Of a stretch of 64,000 bases of DNA, positions 63,233-64,000 are shown in pieces. The DNA lies in NCBI GenBank assembly GCA_000934665.2, contig KZ538437.1, forward strand, positions 1 to 64,000, given 5' to 3'. Positions within the stretch are counted from its first letter, which is position 1, and each line of letters starts with the position of its first letter. A program made the translations under genes and the position numbers. Source of the DNA: Catajapyx aquilonaris (lineage: Eukaryota). The notes beneath the pieces are model-generated. The model was not told where the DNA came from, made no database searches, and saw only the letters and a list, made by a program, of their open reading frames with translations.

Positions 63233-64000
63233 GTCGGGCGGAAAGCAAACAGCAATAGGCCTAGAAAATCCGTGCGAAACGAGGGTTTGTCTAGGTTATA
63301 TTAAAATCTACTGGAAAAGTCAGACAGCTTCAACCTGATGCTATTGTCACATCACAACTGGGCCTGTATAACCTGCAGATGTCACTAAAGATGGCGGAAT
63401 AAAAGAGCTTGGATCTGACATGTCCGTCTGGGTATACAGTATAACCCTCAGAGAAAAAGAGAAGGGGGGTCTCTCTGGCAGATCCAATTTTGATTGAAAC
63501 CCACCTCCGGGCTGCTGCTTTCACTGAAAGAGCTTTCGGATAAGGAAGAGAAGGCAATTCTATAGCAAGGAAAATCCGACTCGCTCTTTGCTAAACAAAT
63601 GTTTGAGGGGTAGGATAGCAGGGGTACATGGGGTGGGGTGGTGGGTGTAATGTAAAGCTAACATCTGCGTAGGTGGATGGGGATGGTGATTACAGCTGAG
63701 AATAATAAAGTCTGCTTAATATTACATTTTTTTAAACGAAAGATTTCGTGGGATGAAGCTGGTTCACATAATTTATGGAATGCAGTGAACAATTTTTGTA
63801 ATTTCTAAAAGTAACTGAAATAGGAAACGCACATTGCATATGATAGTTTAATTTTTAAATTTTTTAAAGGGAATTAACAAATGTCAACTGCAGGTTGTGA
63901 CAGAGTGCATTTGAACACATTTTATTTGTCAACACGATTTTTGCTACCAGAATAACAACCACAGTGCACCGCATGGCCGAAATGTTAACTAATGTACGAG

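Overview
Eukaryotic, intron-rich animal genomic DNA. An arthropod is plausible from the (TTAGG)n tract and the repeat types, but this is not proven. The six-frame ORF track is mostly noise because the real genes are spliced. Supported content: (1) an intron-containing tRNA-Tyr(GTA) at 329-422. (2) A 14-exon + strand prolyl 3-hydroxylase (leprecan/P3H family) gene, CDS 2954-15442, about 765 aa. It was reconstructed by hand; all introns are GT-AG and phase-compatible. It has four CXXXC motifs and an intact HxD...H...R 2OG-Fe(II) site, but no C-terminal KDEL. (3) A small spliced - strand gene (exons 21776-21641 and 21261-21073, start exon unresolved) encoding a single-pass membrane microprotein. 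Its TM segment aligns without gaps to KCNE/MinK potassium-channel beta subunits and it ends in a PDZ-type motif (-SEV). This is the most interesting item. The remaining ~41 kb has no recognisable coding exons. It contains many short non-autonomous mobile elements (Tc1/mariner-type and pogo-like palindromic MITEs, a hAT-type element with an 8-bp TSD, Helitron-like elements), degenerate tandem repeats, an interstitial TTAGG/CCTAA block and a dispersed promoter-motif module. No prokaryotic systems or CRISPR arrays were seen.
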